From positions 1 through 59,565 of the forward strand of contig JAJRZX010000073.1 in NCBI GenBank assembly GCA_024275045.1: a stretch of 59,565 bases of DNA. The letters run 5' to 3'. The position numbers and the translations under genes are program-made. The notes beneath the pieces are model-generated. The model did no database searches. It was not told the DNA's origin and saw only the letters and a list, made by a program, of their open reading frames with translations. Source of the DNA: Deltaproteobacteria bacterium (GTDB lineage Bacteria > Desulfobacterota > GWC2-55-46 > JADFVP01). Position 1 is the stretch's first letter; each line of letters begins with the position of its first letter. Positions 35,949 through 47,640 of the stretch are shown in pieces.

Positions 35949-36606
35949 GTGAGATTTTTATAAGATTCCCTACTCAAAATCTCCCGCTCCTTTGCGTGCA
36001 AAGTTTCTTTAATGAAAGGTGTTTTTAGAGGCAGGAGAAGTTTAGGATAATCGCGGCGAAGATAATGGCTTGATTGGGCCAAAATATCTTAATGACTCTA
36101 TATGAATCAATATGTTACGTCTTGGTCCTTAATGAAAGGGTTTATATTTACAGGAAATGTGGTAAGTAAGGGGTAAATCTGATAAAAATTGTCTTTATAA
36201 TCCATAGGTTATAGTATTATTCTTAACTAAGGAGATTATATTTTACGCTTATAACCTTATGTGCCGAAATCCCAGTATCTATCTATTGTTTAAGAAGAAG
36301 TATTCTAAGTAATCTTATGTTTTATATGTAAGTATTTGACTTAATTAATAATATAAATATAAGGTAAAAAGCCGCTGCTCTCACCTTACACCGAATAAAG
36401 ACAATTCAGTATCCGTAATAACGGTCTTTTTTTCTCTGCACCCCCAGCTTAAACTTACCTTTATAAAGGCGGTAAATCCGTACCCTTCTCAGAGAGGAGG
36501 TACGCAGGTAAGCGGTCATGGTTCTTCCAGAAGTCATCATGAGGAATGGAGCGGGACGGCTGAGTACCGCAGCACGTCACCATCAGGGTAAGGCAGGAGC
36601 TAATTT

Positions 36607-38340
36607 TTAATTAGACTTTTGCATTGGCGCCGAGGGGATCTCGTACTCTTCCAGCCCCGTTGATTGGGTTACAAGGGCGCTGTCAGTATACCCGGCGGCA
36701 TCTGGGTCTGCTTTTATTCGGCGGCGCATGCGTCCGCACTTCCAGAGGAGGGGAAGCATTTTTGCGTGGTTCCCTACTATCTCCCAGAGACGCCTTGGAT
36801 AGAAGATAAATGGGCTCTCTATGGGAAGGCCGGGGCGGCGGTCAAGGCGGTACTTATGACGAAAGTATCCGCCTTCAAGGGGGTGGAGGCCCTCATATTT
36901 GATGCATACATAAAACCAGAGTAGCAGGAACATGGTCTTACCGATGCTCATGTTACTTGCTCTTGCGCGCTTAAGCACGGTCTCAATATGCTCGGGTGTG
37001 TAATAGGTCTCCCAGGCCAGGCGGTACACCCGCTCCCACTCTTCCTTTGACATCCTGGGGTGTTTGGCGGTGACGTGGTTGAGGTCGTAGTTGTTAAGAT
37101 CAGGGTCCATCCAAGCACTGCTCTGCACCATTGCCTGGTGGTCCTCGGAGCCCGGCAGAGGGGTGAGGAAGAAGAACTCCAGCAGGTCTACGGGAAGCTC
37201 CCGCTGTATGGTCTTTATGTCTTTTATAATACTCTCTGCGGTGTCCGAGGGAAAGCCGAGTATGTATCCCGCGCAGGTATTTACCCCAACGCTTCGCCAT
37301 GCCAGCAGCATGCGGCGGTACTCGGGTATCTTGTTCTGACTCTTGCCTGCGGCTTGCAGGTTCTCGGGGTTTATGTTCTCAAGGCCGATAAATACACGGG
37401 CAACGCCTGCTTTGCCGGCCTTCTCTATGAAGCCGGGGATGCGGTGGCACATGGTATCCACCTGTATGGTAAGGCGGATCTTTATGCCCCTGGTTTCCTG
37501 GAGTTCAATGAGGCGGTCGAAGATAGCCTCCCAGTCTCTGTTTCTGGCAAAGTTGTCATCCGTGATGAAGAACCTCGTAACGCCCTGGGCAATGTTTTCT
37601 CTAACAATGCGCTCCACGTCATCTGCAGAGCGGCGGCGGGATTTGCGGCCCTGCACGTTTATGATGGTGCAAAAACTGCACTTAAAGGGACAACCCCTGC
37701 CTGCGTCGAAACTGGTGCAAGACCCTGCTGAACGCCTGAGAAACTCACTTGGCAGGAAAGGGCCGGGCTGTGATTCAATGCAGGGCAGCTCATTAAGGTA
37801 ATTGTATACGGGTTTTAAGGTGCCGGCATAGGCGTCTCTGAGAAGGTCCTCAAGGCGGCCCTCGGCCTCACCTGCAAAGAGAGAAATGCCCATGTCCATG
37901 GCTCGCTGTATGTCATGGGGCACGCTTTGCAGCATGGAGAGGCATCCGCTCACGTGGAAGCCGCCGATACATACCTGGACACCGGCCTCGCGGAATCGGG
38001 CGGCCAGGTCCATGGTGCGCGGGAACTGGTTGGACTGCACCCCTGTAAACCCCACAAGGCCGCCGCCATGGGCTGACTTTATCTCAGAGATGATTTTCTC
38101 TACGGGGATGCGCGTATTGGTCTCGTCATAGGCGCTTATTACTATCTCCACGTCTTCACCGAGAATGCCTTTACCTGCAAGGTCGCGCGAAAGACCGTAG
38201 AGCACGGCCAGGGTGTTTGAGGGGAGGGCCGAGCGGTGCCACTGAATAACGTAACCCTCGTCATCGTAATGTGATGGCTTTATAAGGACAACGTGGAACT
38301 CTTTCTTGTTTTTCTCTGATACCTTTGCTCTATTGTCCAT
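36607..38340 (-). CDS. B12-binding-domain radical SAM protein
   Basis: 577 aa. It has an N-terminal B12-binding-like Rossmann region, the cluster motif GCPFKCSFC, and a long C-terminal extension. Confidence 0.8.
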   Translation of the reverse strand: MDNRAKVSEKNKKEFHVVLIKPSHYDDEGYVIQWHRSALPSNTLAVLYGLSRDLAGKGILGEDVEIVISAYDETNTRIPVEKIISEIKSAHGGGLVGFTGVQSNQFPRTMDLAARFREAGVQVCIGGFHVSGCLSMLQSVPHDIQRAMDMGISLFAGEAEGRLEDLLRDAYAGTLKPVYNYLNELPCIESQPGPFLPSEFLRRSAGSCTSFDAGRGCPFKCSFCTIINVQGRKSRRRSADDVERIVRENIAQGVTRFFITDDNFARNRDWEAIFDRLIELQETRGIKIRLTIQVDTMCHRIPGFIEKAGKAGVARVFIGLENINPENLQAAGKSQNKIPEYRRMLLAWRSVGVNTCAGYILGFPSDTAESIIKDIKTIQRELPVDLLEFFFLTPLPGSEDHQAMVQSSAWMDPDLNNYDLNHVTAKHPRMSKEEWERVYRLAWETYYTPEHIETVLKRARASNMSIGKTMFLLLWFYVCIKYEGLHPLEGGYFRHKYRLDRRPGLPIESPFIFYPRRLWEIVGNHAKMLPLLWKCGRMRRRIKADPDAAGYTDSALVTQSTGLEEYEIPSAPMQKSN

Positions 38341-38953
38341 AAAAGTATTTTAACATTTTTTTTAATAGATACGGAATATATATATCTCTCTCTTAAGTAA
38401 AAGGTAAGGTCTGTATTCTGAGAGACCGTGGCCTCAATGCTGAGATTGATTTTAAGAAGCAGTGCCGCCTGAGAAGACCGCGGAGTCTCTACGTTTTTCT
38501 TGTGCCTCTTCGCGGCTTTTTTCTTGTTTACGGCTTAGTGACGGAATAAGTTTGCCGTTACCAGCCTCCTTGCTTCTCCTTGACTTATTTAACGAATTAC
38601 AATAATATTAAACCTGATGTTGAAAGAAGTAAGGCTTTCAATATTCAGCGGCGGTAAAAGAGGTTTTATTAAAGGAGCTTGGTCTTGATAATAATACCCC
38701 CTTATAAGACTCGCATAACACGCCGCGGTTTTATCCCCATATCATCCACCATGTAATTGAGGCTGTAATATTATGGGCCTTTTTTATCAAAACATCTTAA
38801 TCTCTTTATTAAAGAGGGATAACGTGTCTTTGCCGTAACCCTCTGCGCTTACTGTGAGCGTCTTACATGTTTTACTCTTAGATATCTCCTGCCCCATACG
38901 GATATGCAGAGCACTCTCTTTAATATTTTCTTTCGCAGCGGGAGAACCCTCAT

Positions 38954-40948
38954 ATGACTTTTTTCCGTGGTAAAGACAGCTCATCTATTCTCGGCAGTCC
39001 TTTTGTCTTTTTCATCAGGTTTATCGGTGTAATTTTTATTACAGAGTTTATCGTTATGCTCCTTCTCAAGCACTTTAATGTGGAGGAGACAACACTGGAG
39101 TTTCTCGGAGACTCCATCCTGCTCTCCATAATCAGCGCTCCCTTTCTGTATTTTCTTGTAATCAGGGTCTTTCTGAGGCGCATTGCCGCAGAGTCGGAGA
39201 AGGTCAAGACCGCATCGGAAAACGAGCTCAGGGCAACGGCATACGCAGATAAGATGGCGCTTAAGGCCTATGCCGATAATATAGTACAGAGCGTGCCAAC
39301 GGGCCTTTTATCCGTATCAGGCGACCTTAGTGTCTTATCGGCCAACCCTTCCTTCTGCTCCATGTTCGCCCTTAAGGTGAACCCAACAGGGGCTGCCGTT
39401 AAAGAGGTACCTATCTTTAATAAATGTCAGGATATGATTCTCGCTGCCTTAAGTGAGGGTGGGCGCAGGGATGAGAAGATTATAAAGTTTTACGTGGGGG
39501 CGGAGACAAAGTATTTCCGTGTAAATGTGGCCCCCATAGTACAGGAAAAAAAGGTCCGCTCCGACGCGCTTGTTGTTGTTGAGGATATTACCAGGCGGCT
39601 GGCCTCGGAGAGAAAGATTTTCTCAATGGCCTACCACGACAACCTTACGGGGTTGCCAAACAGGCGTCTCTTTAATAACAGGCTGCGTCAGGTCATAGCT
39701 GTTATGAAAAGAGAGAGGCTTAAGGCGGCGCTCCTTTTTCTTGATGTAGACAGGTTCAAGTACATCAACGACAGCCTTGGTCATGACGTGGGTGATAAGT
39801 TTTTGAAAGAGATAGCCAGGAGGCTTGAGGGCGCTGTGCGGCCAGGTGACACTGTGGCCCGTTTCGGCGGGGATGAGTTTCTCATACTCCTTGGCGGTAT
39901 AAAAGAGGAAGAGCATATACTTAAAGTTGTGAAGAGAATTTTTACCGCCCTTGACAGCTCCGTTAACCTGCAGGGGCATGACCTGCGTTTAAGCGCAAGT
40001 ATTGGCGTCAGCATCTATCCCAACTGCGGAGATACCCCGGGCATGCTTCTTAAGACAGCCGATACCGCCATGTATGAGGCAAAACAAGCAGGCGGGAACA
40101 ACTGCAAATTTTATGAGTCAGAGATGGGGCTTCTCGGTGCTGAATGGATTAAGATGGAGCATAATCTTAACAGGGCCATCGCCAATAATGATTTTATACT
40201 CCATTACCAGCCTCAGGTTAATCTCAGCACCGGGAGGCTGGTGGGCATGGAGGCGCTGATGCGCTGGGTGGGGCCGGATGGCGGGTTGATAAGTCCTTCT
40301 GTATTTATACCTATGGCAGAGGAGACCGGTCTTATTATCCCCATGGGAGAGTGGCTCCTGAGACAAGCCTGCGCACAGGCCAGGTCCTGGCAGGACAAGG
40401 GGCTTAAGACCTTCAGAGTGAGTGTTAATATATCCATGCTGCAGTTTGCCAGGGAGAGTTTTGTTCAGCTGGTCACCGATGTCCTCAAAGAGACGGGGTT
40501 AGACCCTGTACATCTGGAGCTTGAACTTACGGAAAGTATTGTTATGCGAAACGCAGGTGAGACTATCTCCAAACTCTCAGACTTGAAAAAGCTCGGGGTC
40601 CGCCTTGCCATAGATGACTTTGGAACAGGTTACTCATCACTCTCGTACCTTAAGCTAATGCCCATAGATGTACTTAAGATTGACCAGGGGTTTATAAAAG
40701 ACATAACCTGTGAGAGCGGTGATGAGGCAATAGTGAAGGCCATTATAAGGATGGGGCACAGCCTTAATATCGAGACCATAGCCGAGGGCGTTGAGACTGA
40801 GGAGCAGCTGCAGCTTCTAAAGGCCCATCACTGTGAAAATATACAGGGTTATCTTGTCTCAAGGCCCGGGCCGCCGGAGGTTATAGAAGAGTTTCTTCAT
40901 GAATCCTGGCGTCTTGATAAAAAAATCAGAGCCGTGAAAGCAGGTTGA
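38954..40948 (+). CDS. Membrane-anchored PAS-GGDEF-EAL protein (c-di-GMP turnover)
   Basis: 664 aa with 2 N-terminal TM. Motifs: RFGGDEFLIL, EALMRW, DDFGTGYSSL. Confidence 0.9.
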   Translation: MTFFRGKDSSSILGSPFVFFIRFIGVIFITEFIVMLLLKHFNVEETTLEFLGDSILLSIISAPFLYFLVIRVFLRRIAAESEKVKTASENELRATAYADKMALKAYADNIVQSVPTGLLSVSGDLSVLSANPSFCSMFALKVNPTGAAVKEVPIFNKCQDMILAALSEGGRRDEKIIKFYVGAETKYFRVNVAPIVQEKKVRSDALVVVEDITRRLASERKIFSMAYHDNLTGLPNRRLFNNRLRQVIAVMKRERLKAALLFLDVDRFKYINDSLGHDVGDKFLKEIARRLEGAVRPGDTVARFGGDEFLILLGGIKEEEHILKVVKRIFTALDSSVNLQGHDLRLSASIGVSIYPNCGDTPGMLLKTADTAMYEAKQAGGNNCKFYESEMGLLGAEWIKMEHNLNRAIANNDFILHYQPQVNLSTGRLVGMEALMRWVGPDGGLISPSVFIPMAEETGLIIPMGEWLLRQACAQARSWQDKGLKTFRVSVNISMLQFARESFVQLVTDVLKETGLDPVHLELELTESIVMRNAGETISKLSDLKKLGVRLAIDDFGTGYSSLSYLKLMPIDVLKIDQGFIKDITCESGDEAIVKAIIRMGHSLNIETIAEGVETEEQLQLLKAHHCENIQGYLVSRPGPPEVIEEFLHESWRLDKKIRAVKAG

Positions 40949-41471
40949 TTCCCGCCTTCTCCCTTCGGCTATCTATGCCAGCCTCTGCTGCTCCTGAACT
41001 TGATCTTACCCGTATCCCGGCGCGCTGCAATTTTTTAAATCTTTTATGTGTTTTGCCTCTTTTATTAACTTGCCTTTTAACATCTCATGGTTTAATATTA
41101 ATCTTGTATTAAGTTATTAGCTCATGTTTTTGTTCTTCGAGCACTTCTCTCCTTGATTCTCTCATCAGTGTTGCGACTTTGATTTACTCACCGGCCCCGG
41201 CCTTGTTATAAGGGCTCTTTATTGTCCTGAGAGTCAGCGGTTCTCTTAGAAGGTTAATTCTGTAATTATGTGATTTATCAGAGTAATTGGTTACCCCGGG
41301 TGCGTCTCGGTCTTGCTTCTATTTTCACCTCTATACCTGTAAAAACTCTTCGCTACTCCCGGATGTTCCCCCCTCTGTCTTTTTTTGGGAACCAGTCGTA
41401 TTGCTGAGGGTTTTTTGAGTAGTCTTTCTTTTTTTGTCTGCATTCTCTATATGCGGGGTAGAGGTAAGAAA

Positions 41472-43451
41472 ATGCCCTTATCCATGGGAAAGAAGATACT
41501 CCTGAGTTTGCTTGTAGTGGCGTTGATACCTCTTGGAGTTGCCGGTTTTATTATGTACCGCGCAACAGATAAGGCCATGAAGCAGGAGGTCATCGCCGGT
41601 CTCTCGGCGCTCTCGGCGAGCACCCTTGAGCATTTTGTTGATTATGTGAATGAAAAAGAGTCAACTGTCTCCCTGCTCTCGCGTACCCCTGTGGTTTACA
41701 AGGCAATGCAGGGCTACGAGAGAGTGCTGAAGCAGCAGAGCCCGGCAGATGATTTTGCGGCTCTTGAGAGGTCATACAGGCCGCTTCTCCGTTTTTACAC
41801 GCACTTCGGGTTCAGCGACCTTTATCTTTTCAGCACCAGAGGAGATATTGTCTTCTCTCTGCTTGAAAAAGAGTGGGTGGGCCACAACATACTTGGAACT
41901 TACTTTGAAGGTACGGAGCTTGCCGTGGTCTTTAAGAGGGCTAAAAAGAGCTCAAGAACAGAGGTCTCTGAGTTTAAGATATTCCAGCCCACAAAAAAAC
42001 CCGCGGCTTTTATCGCAGCTCCCATAATGAAGGGCAGAGCGGTTGTGGGTTTCATGGCCTTTAAGCTCAATACCGTTGGGCTTTATCAGCATGTAAAGGA
42101 TTACTCAGGGCTTGGCAAGACAGGAGAGATTGTCCTCGCGGCCCTTGACGGTAAAGACATTGTCTTTGTGGCCCCTCTCAGGCATGACCCTGAGGCGGCT
42201 TTCAGGAGAAAGGTCCGTCTTGGCTCTATGGCGGCCCTGCCCATGCAGCACGCCCTTAACAAGGAAGAGGGAGCGGGTATCTCCATTGATTACAGGGGCA
42301 AAAGCATTGTGGCCGTCTGGAAGTATTTTGCTCCAATGCGTCTGGGCCTTGTTATTAAGCAGGATACCTCAGAGGCCTTTTCTTTATTCGGGGACCTTAG
42401 AAGGTGGCTCTTTATTGTCGCTGGTCTGACCCTGCTCTTTGTCCTGGCCATCTCGGCTCTTGTGGCAAGGTCTATGACAAGGCCAATAAGGGCTCTTCAT
42501 GAAGGGGCTGAGAGGGTGGGAGCTGGAGACCTCTCATACAGGGTGGGCACGATGCAGAGAGATGAGATAGGTCAGCTCTCAAGGGCCTTTGACGAGATGA
42601 CTCTGAACCTTAAGCGAATCACCGCCTCCCGCGATGACCTTGATAGAGAGATCGCGGAGCGCAAGCAGGCAGAGACAAAGCTGAGGCAAAGCGAGGAAAA
42701 GCTGCTGGAATACTCTAAGAATCTCGAGACTATGGTAGATAAACGCACAACAGCGCTGAAGGCCCTGCAGAGAAAGCTCATTATGAAAGAGAAGCTCGCC
42801 GCCATAGGACAGCTTTCCAGCAGCGTGGGGCACGAGCTCAGAAACCCCCTGGGCGTTATCGGCAACTCTGTTTATTACCTGAACATGAAGCTAAAGCACG
42901 GCGATGCCACTGTGGCAAAACACCTGGATATACTCTCACGGGAGGTAAGGAGGTCTAACAGGATAATCTCCGATCTCCTTGATTTTTCAAGGGCCAGGGC
43001 CCCGGCTCTGCGTTTAGGTGATATTAACCTGCTCTTAAAGGAGTCTGTATCGGCCATGGAGATAGAAGATAATATTACAGTAAATATGAGTTGTATGGCA
43101 GAGGTGCCCTCCTTTGCCTTTGATGGAGACCAGATGCATCAGCTCATAGTTAACCTCATTACAAATGCCCTGCAGGCCATGCCAGGCGGCGGGCACTTGA
43201 CCCTGAAGACAGAGGTGCAGGACGGGTCTGTGCTAATTTCCATTGAGGATTCGGGGGTAGGCATACCCGAGGCTGAGAGAGATAGAATCTTTGACCCTCT
43301 TTATACAACAAAGGCGCGGGGCACGGGCCTTGGGCTCTCTATTGTAAAGGGTATCGTAGAGAGGCACGGCGGGCGGATAACTGTAAAGAGTAAGGCAGGA
43401 GAGGGCACGACTTTTACGGTAAGACTTCCTCTTGAGAAGGAGGCCGGGTGA
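41472..43451 (+). CDS. Sensor histidine kinase with periplasmic Cache-like domain, HAMP, HisKA and HATPase_c
   Basis: The start is placed at [11 protein letters not shown], a signal/TM segment. H-box [11 protein letters not shown]; G-boxes DSGVGI and GTGLGLSI. Confidence 0.85.
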   Translation: MPLSMGKKILLSLLVVALIPLGVAGFIMYRATDKAMKQEVIAGLSALSASTLEHFVDYVNEKESTVSLLSRTPVVYKAMQGYERVLKQQSPADDFAALERSYRPLLRFYTHFGFSDLYLFSTRGDIVFSLLEKEWVGHNILGTYFEGTELAVVFKRAKKSSRTEVSEFKIFQPTKKPAAFIAAPIMKGRAVVGFMAFKLNTVGLYQHVKDYSGLGKTGEIVLAALDGKDIVFVAPLRHDPEAAFRRKVRLGSMAALPMQHALNKEEGAGISIDYRGKSIVAVWKYFAPMRLGLVIKQDTSEAFSLFGDLRRWLFIVAGLTLLFVLAISALVARSMTRPIRALHEGAERVGAGDLSYRVGTMQRDEIGQLSRAFDEMTLNLKRITASRDDLDREIAERKQAETKLRQSEEKLLEYSKNLETMVDKRTTALKALQRKLIMKEKLAAIGQLSSSVGHELRNPLGVIGNSVYYLNMKLKHGDATVAKHLDILSREVRRSNRIISDLLDFSRARAPALRLGDINLLLKESVSAMEIEDNITVNMSCMAEVPSFAFDGDQMHQLIVNLITNALQAMPGGGHLTLKTEVQDGSVLISIEDSGVGIPEAERDRIFDPLYTTKARGTGLGLSIVKGIVERHGGRITVKSKAGEGTTFTVRLPLEKEAG

Positions 43452-43452
43452 A

Positions 43453-43812
43453 ATGGTAAAAAAATGCAGCGTACTTATAGTAGATGATGAGCCCGGCATG
43501 ACTGAGACCCTCTCGGATATTTTTTTGGAGATGGGCCATGATGTGGCAGTGGCCGCGGATGGTTTTGAGGCAATAAAGATGGTGCGTAAGAGGTCCTTTG
43601 ACCTGGCCCTTATTGATATTAAGATGCCGGGGATGAACGGGGTTGAGGCTTTTAGAGAGATAAAAGCCATATGCCCCTCTATAAAAGTTGTCATGATGAC
43701 GGCCTTTGCCCTGGATGAGCTTATAGAAGAGGCTCGAAGTCTGGGGGCAGTGGATGTGTTCATAAAACCCCTGCAGATAGATAAGATGGGGCCTATTCTG
43801 GCCATGATGTAG
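43453..43812 (+). CDS. Stand-alone receiver-domain response regulator
   Basis: [13 protein letters not shown] ... [14 protein letters not shown]. It starts 2 nt after the kinase stop. Confidence 0.85.
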   Translation: MVKKCSVLIVDDEPGMTETLSDIFLEMGHDVAVAADGFEAIKMVRKRSFDLALIDIKMPGMNGVEAFREIKAICPSIKVVMMTAFALDELIEEARSLGAVDVFIKPLQIDKMGPILAMM

Positions 43813-43859
43813 AGTTGCGGGAGTGAAAAACAAGAGGATGCTTATGTCTGATTTTATAA

Positions 43860-46800
43860 ATGTCAATAATCCCTCAGGTGCCGGCAATGTGTATTAAGGC
43901 CCTTATAGTGGATGATGAGAGAGGGGCGCGCGAGACCCTCTCTGATATTCTCTGTGATAAGGGGTATGAGGTCTCAACCTCAGGGAGCGCCAACAAGGCC
44001 CTTGAAGAGGCCTCAGGGACTGCTTTTGACCTTGCCATTATTGACATTAAGCTACCTGACATGGACGGCATCGTACTTCTAAAGAGGCTTAAGGTCATAA
44101 AACCAGATATGCTCTGTATCATTGTAACGGGTTATGCCTCACGTGAGAACGCCATATCTGCTTTACGCTCAGGCGCTGATGACTACTTCATAAAACCCCT
44201 TGATATAGACGAGGTCTGCAGGCGGACAGAGCAGGGTCTTTTACAGAGAGCCCTCTCAAGAAAGCTTGTTGAGAGCGAGGAGAAGTTCCGTTCCATATTC
44301 CAGTCTTCCAGCGACGCCATAATGCTCTTTGGCAAAGAAGGTTTAATTGACTGCAACGAGGCCGCGCTGCGGATTTTCGGCGTAAAGGAAAAGCACGATT
44401 TTCTTGGAAGGCATTTTGGCGAGATGAGCCCTGCCTTGCAGGAAGACGGCAGAGATTCCATTGTGGCGGCTAATGAGCAGATGACCCTTGCCCTTCGTGA
44501 CGGACGGAGTTCTTTCTCGTGGACTCATTCCCGCCATAACGGCAGGACCTTTCCCGCGGAGGTGGTGCTTACAACCATGTACCTTGAGGGCAGGGTGGTT
44601 ATGCAGGCTACTGTGCGTGATATTACCGAGAGAAAGCGAGCTACGGATGACCTTGAGAGGCTCTTTAACCTCTCCGGTTCCATGGCATGCATTATTGATT
44701 TTAACGGTTATTTTACAAGGGTAAGCCCGGCCTTTTGCGATACTCTGGGTTATACCTCTGAGCAGATTCTCTCAAGGTCTGTTCTTGATTTCATCCACCC
44801 CGATGACAGGGCAAAAACCCTGCGGGCCCGTGAGAAGCTTAAAGAAGGTGAGGAGCTGCTGGATTTTGAGAACCGCTACATCTGCAGTGACGGCTCTATG
44901 CGGTGGTTATCCTGGACGTCTCGGCCAATACTTGCTGACGGCATTATTCTGGCCATTGCCTACGATATAACGAGCCGCAAAGAGGACGAGAGGGCTTTTG
45001 AGACCCTTATTGAGGCAACCTCCGGGGCCATGGGGCTTGAGTTTTTCCGTGGTCTTGTTGGTGAGCTCTCAAAGTGGCTTGATGCCGGCACCTGCGCGGT
45101 ATCCGAGCTTGTGGAGGGCAAGGCGAGCATTGTTGCGATGATACACAATGGCGAGTATGTGGAGGACTTTGTCTACGATCTTGCGGGCAGTCCCTGCGAG
45201 CAGGTGCAGGTTGGCGGGTACTGCGTCTTCGAAGAGAACGTAAGAGCGCTCTTTCCAAAAGACGAGATCCTTCAGGAGATGGGGGCCGAGGGATATGTGG
45301 GCATCTCACTCTGTGACAGAGAGGGTAAGGCTATAGGCATCTTAAGCTGCCTGTCCCTGAGACCGCTGAAGGCGCTGCCGAGAATGAAGGAGGTCTTTTC
45401 CATTATGGCGGCGCGTGCCTCCGTGGAGCTTGAGCGCATAAAAGCGGCTGAGGCCCTTAAGGATAGCGAGGAGATGATGCGCGCCATCTCTGAGACCGCC
45501 CAGGACGCCATGATTATCATAGACGAGAAGAGCAATGTTGTTTACTGGAACCCCGCGGCTGTAAGTATATTCGGTTATGAGGAGTCCGAGGCCATGGGCC
45601 TGCCCTTTACTGATCTCATAGTAGCGGAAAAGGCGCGAGAGCCCTTTTCAAAGAATCGCGAGAGGTTTATAGAGTCTCTCTACTCACACCTTGACGGCAA
45701 GACCGTAGAGATGAAGGGTAGAAAAAAAGACGGGAGCTTTTTCCCCATTGACCACGCCATATCCACTGTCACCCTCAAAGGAAAGTCCTATGCCATAGGT
45801 ATAATAAAAGACATCAGCAGAAGAAAAGAGGCGGAGGGGCTCTTGAACAAGGAGGTAGATATTACAAGAAACCTCCTTGAGATAACCGAGGTAACGGCGA
45901 GAACAGAGAACCTTGATGAGCTGATGGAGCGTATAGTAAGCGGTGTGGGCAGCATAGCCGGCTCTGATATATCCATGATTTACCTGCAGAACGAGGGCAC
46001 CGCGCTCATTGAGCCGGCAAGCGCATCCGGGCTTGACAGGCATATGGTTCCCATGTTCAGAACCAACCAGCTTAACCGTGAGCTGCCTTTCATAAAAGAG
46101 GCGTTTACGAGCGGGCCCGTCTTTATCTCAGACCTCTCAGACGGGTTTTTCAGATGGCTCGAGGGCATGGGCTCCCTGGCTGTTATCCCCCTTAAAGGTA
46201 AAGAAGCTGACCTTGGGGTTCTGGTACAGGTTTACAGAGATAAAAGAGACCTTGGAGGCGGGCTGGAGCAGGGGTTTACAGAGAGGGAAAAGAGCCTCAT
46301 CAAGGGCATAGGCTACCACGTATCCCTGGCAATCGAGAAGGCCACTCACGCGAAAGAGGCTATTGACAGGGCCATGGAACTATCGCACAAGATAGAGACC
46401 ATTGAGGTAATGCACGAGATAGACAAGACCATACTCTCAACGCTTGACCCCGCGGTAATCAGGCTCACTGTTGTTAATATGATAGCAAGGCTTGTTCCAT
46501 GCGACAGGTCTACGGTAAGGCTTGTGGACAGGGAGCGTGGGGGTTTTACTTTTGCCGCGGGTTTTGGCGGAGATAACGAGTTGGACGCCGAGTTCGTGCC
46601 CTTTAATGAGACAAGCGCCAGAGAGGTGCTTGAGTCCCTGCGTCCGCAGTATATATATGATCTAAGAAAGGTGGAAAAACCTCTTCCCTTTGAGCAGCGG
46701 CTCTTGAATTCCGGTTACCTCTCTCATATACGCCTGCCTCTTATTGTAAAGTCCGAGATGACAGGGGTGCTGCATCTGGCCTCAAAGCGTCCGGCGGCCT

Positions 46801-47480
46801 TTGTTCCCACAGACCTTGCCACCCTTGATAAGGTATCCACGCAGATTGTCATGGCCCTTGAGAACTCGCGCCTTGTCACGGACCTTGAGAAGCTCTTTAT
46901 CTCAACCATCAAGACCCTCTCGGATATTATTGACGCAAAGAGCCCCTGGACACGAGGTCACTCGGAGAGAGTCACCGCCATTGCCCTTGGCATAGCCGAG
47001 AAGATGGGGCTTGGAGAGGACAAACTCAAGAGGTTTGAGATAGGCGGGCTGCTTCACGATATCGGCAAGGTAGGCACCTACGAGGACATCCTCAATAAGC
47101 CGGATAAACTTACGCCCAGGGAGATTACCGAGTTACGTAAACACTCTATCAAGGGCGCCGAGATACTCTCTAACATCAGTCAGCTCGATGATATAATCTC
47201 CGAGGTTAGGCATCATCACGAGTTTTATGACGGCACAGGGTATCCTGACGGCCTGAAAGGAGAGGACATACCCCTTGAGGCGCGTATACTTACCGTGGCG
47301 GATACTGTTGACGCCATGGCCTCGGACAGGCCCTACAGAAAAGGCCGTCCCATGAGTATTATTTTTGAGGAGCTTAAAAGATGCTCGGGACATCAGTTTG
47401 ACCCTGAGGTTGTGAGGGCCTACCTTGATCTATCCCATGCCAGTCACTGGCACCTTAAGGGCACTCACTCCCCTAAATAA
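43860..47480 (+). CDS. Multidomain REC-PAS-PAS-GAF-PAS-GAF-GAF-HD-GYP protein (c-di-GMP phosphodiesterase-type output)
   Basis: 1206 aa. The receiver reads ALIVDDERG...DLAIIDIKLPDMDG, followed by several PAS/GAF-like stretches. The C-terminus has HSERV...LLHDIGK...HHEFYDGTGYP. Confidence 0.85.
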   Translation: MSIIPQVPAMCIKALIVDDERGARETLSDILCDKGYEVSTSGSANKALEEASGTAFDLAIIDIKLPDMDGIVLLKRLKVIKPDMLCIIVTGYASRENAISALRSGADDYFIKPLDIDEVCRRTEQGLLQRALSRKLVESEEKFRSIFQSSSDAIMLFGKEGLIDCNEAALRIFGVKEKHDFLGRHFGEMSPALQEDGRDSIVAANEQMTLALRDGRSSFSWTHSRHNGRTFPAEVVLTTMYLEGRVVMQATVRDITERKRATDDLERLFNLSGSMACIIDFNGYFTRVSPAFCDTLGYTSEQILSRSVLDFIHPDDRAKTLRAREKLKEGEELLDFENRYICSDGSMRWLSWTSRPILADGIILAIAYDITSRKEDERAFETLIEATSGAMGLEFFRGLVGELSKWLDAGTCAVSELVEGKASIVAMIHNGEYVEDFVYDLAGSPCEQVQVGGYCVFEENVRALFPKDEILQEMGAEGYVGISLCDREGKAIGILSCLSLRPLKALPRMKEVFSIMAARASVELERIKAAEALKDSEEMMRAISETAQDAMIIIDEKSNVVYWNPAAVSIFGYEESEAMGLPFTDLIVAEKAREPFSKNRERFIESLYSHLDGKTVEMKGRKKDGSFFPIDHAISTVTLKGKSYAIGIIKDISRRKEAEGLLNKEVDITRNLLEITEVTARTENLDELMERIVSGVGSIAGSDISMIYLQNEGTALIEPASASGLDRHMVPMFRTNQLNRELPFIKEAFTSGPVFISDLSDGFFRWLEGMGSLAVIPLKGKEADLGVLVQVYRDKRDLGGGLEQGFTEREKSLIKGIGYHVSLAIEKATHAKEAIDRAMELSHKIETIEVMHEIDKTILSTLDPAVIRLTVVNMIARLVPCDRSTVRLVDRERGGFTFAAGFGGDNELDAEFVPFNETSAREVLESLRPQYIYDLRKVEKPLPFEQRLLNSGYLSHIRLPLIVKSEMTGVLHLASKRPAAFVPTDLATLDKVSTQIVMALENSRLVTDLEKLFISTIKTLSDIIDAKSPWTRGHSERVTAIALGIAEKMGLGEDKLKRFEIGGLLHDIGKVGTYEDILNKPDKLTPREITELRKHSIKGAEILSNISQLDDIISEVRHHHEFYDGTGYPDGLKGEDIPLEARILTVADTVDAMASDRPYRKGRPMSIIFEELKRCSGHQFDPEVVRAYLDLSHASHWHLKGTHSPK

Positions 47481-47640
47481 ATGCGCGATCCCTGAACAAG
47501 TCTTGTGCCTTGAGGCAGGCATAAAAATGCCGCGAAAAAACATAACCGCAGGGCCCGCGAGGGAGCCTCTGCGGAAATTTTTCAGCCGCAGAGCAAGCTT
47601 CTACCCCGCATGAGCGCTTTATTAATAGAGCAAGCGTATC

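Noticed and set aside
35904-36606. Integrated element or prophage remnant at tRNA-Ala
   Set aside because: No integrase or phage gene is present, and I found no direct repeat of the tRNA 3' end. It is reported only as a low-interest compositional anomaly.
38787-39207. Two minus-strand ORFs (65 and 85 aa) at the start of the GGDEF-EAL gene
   Set aside because: They overlap the supported + strand gene or its promoter region, and they have no RBS and no recognisable family features.
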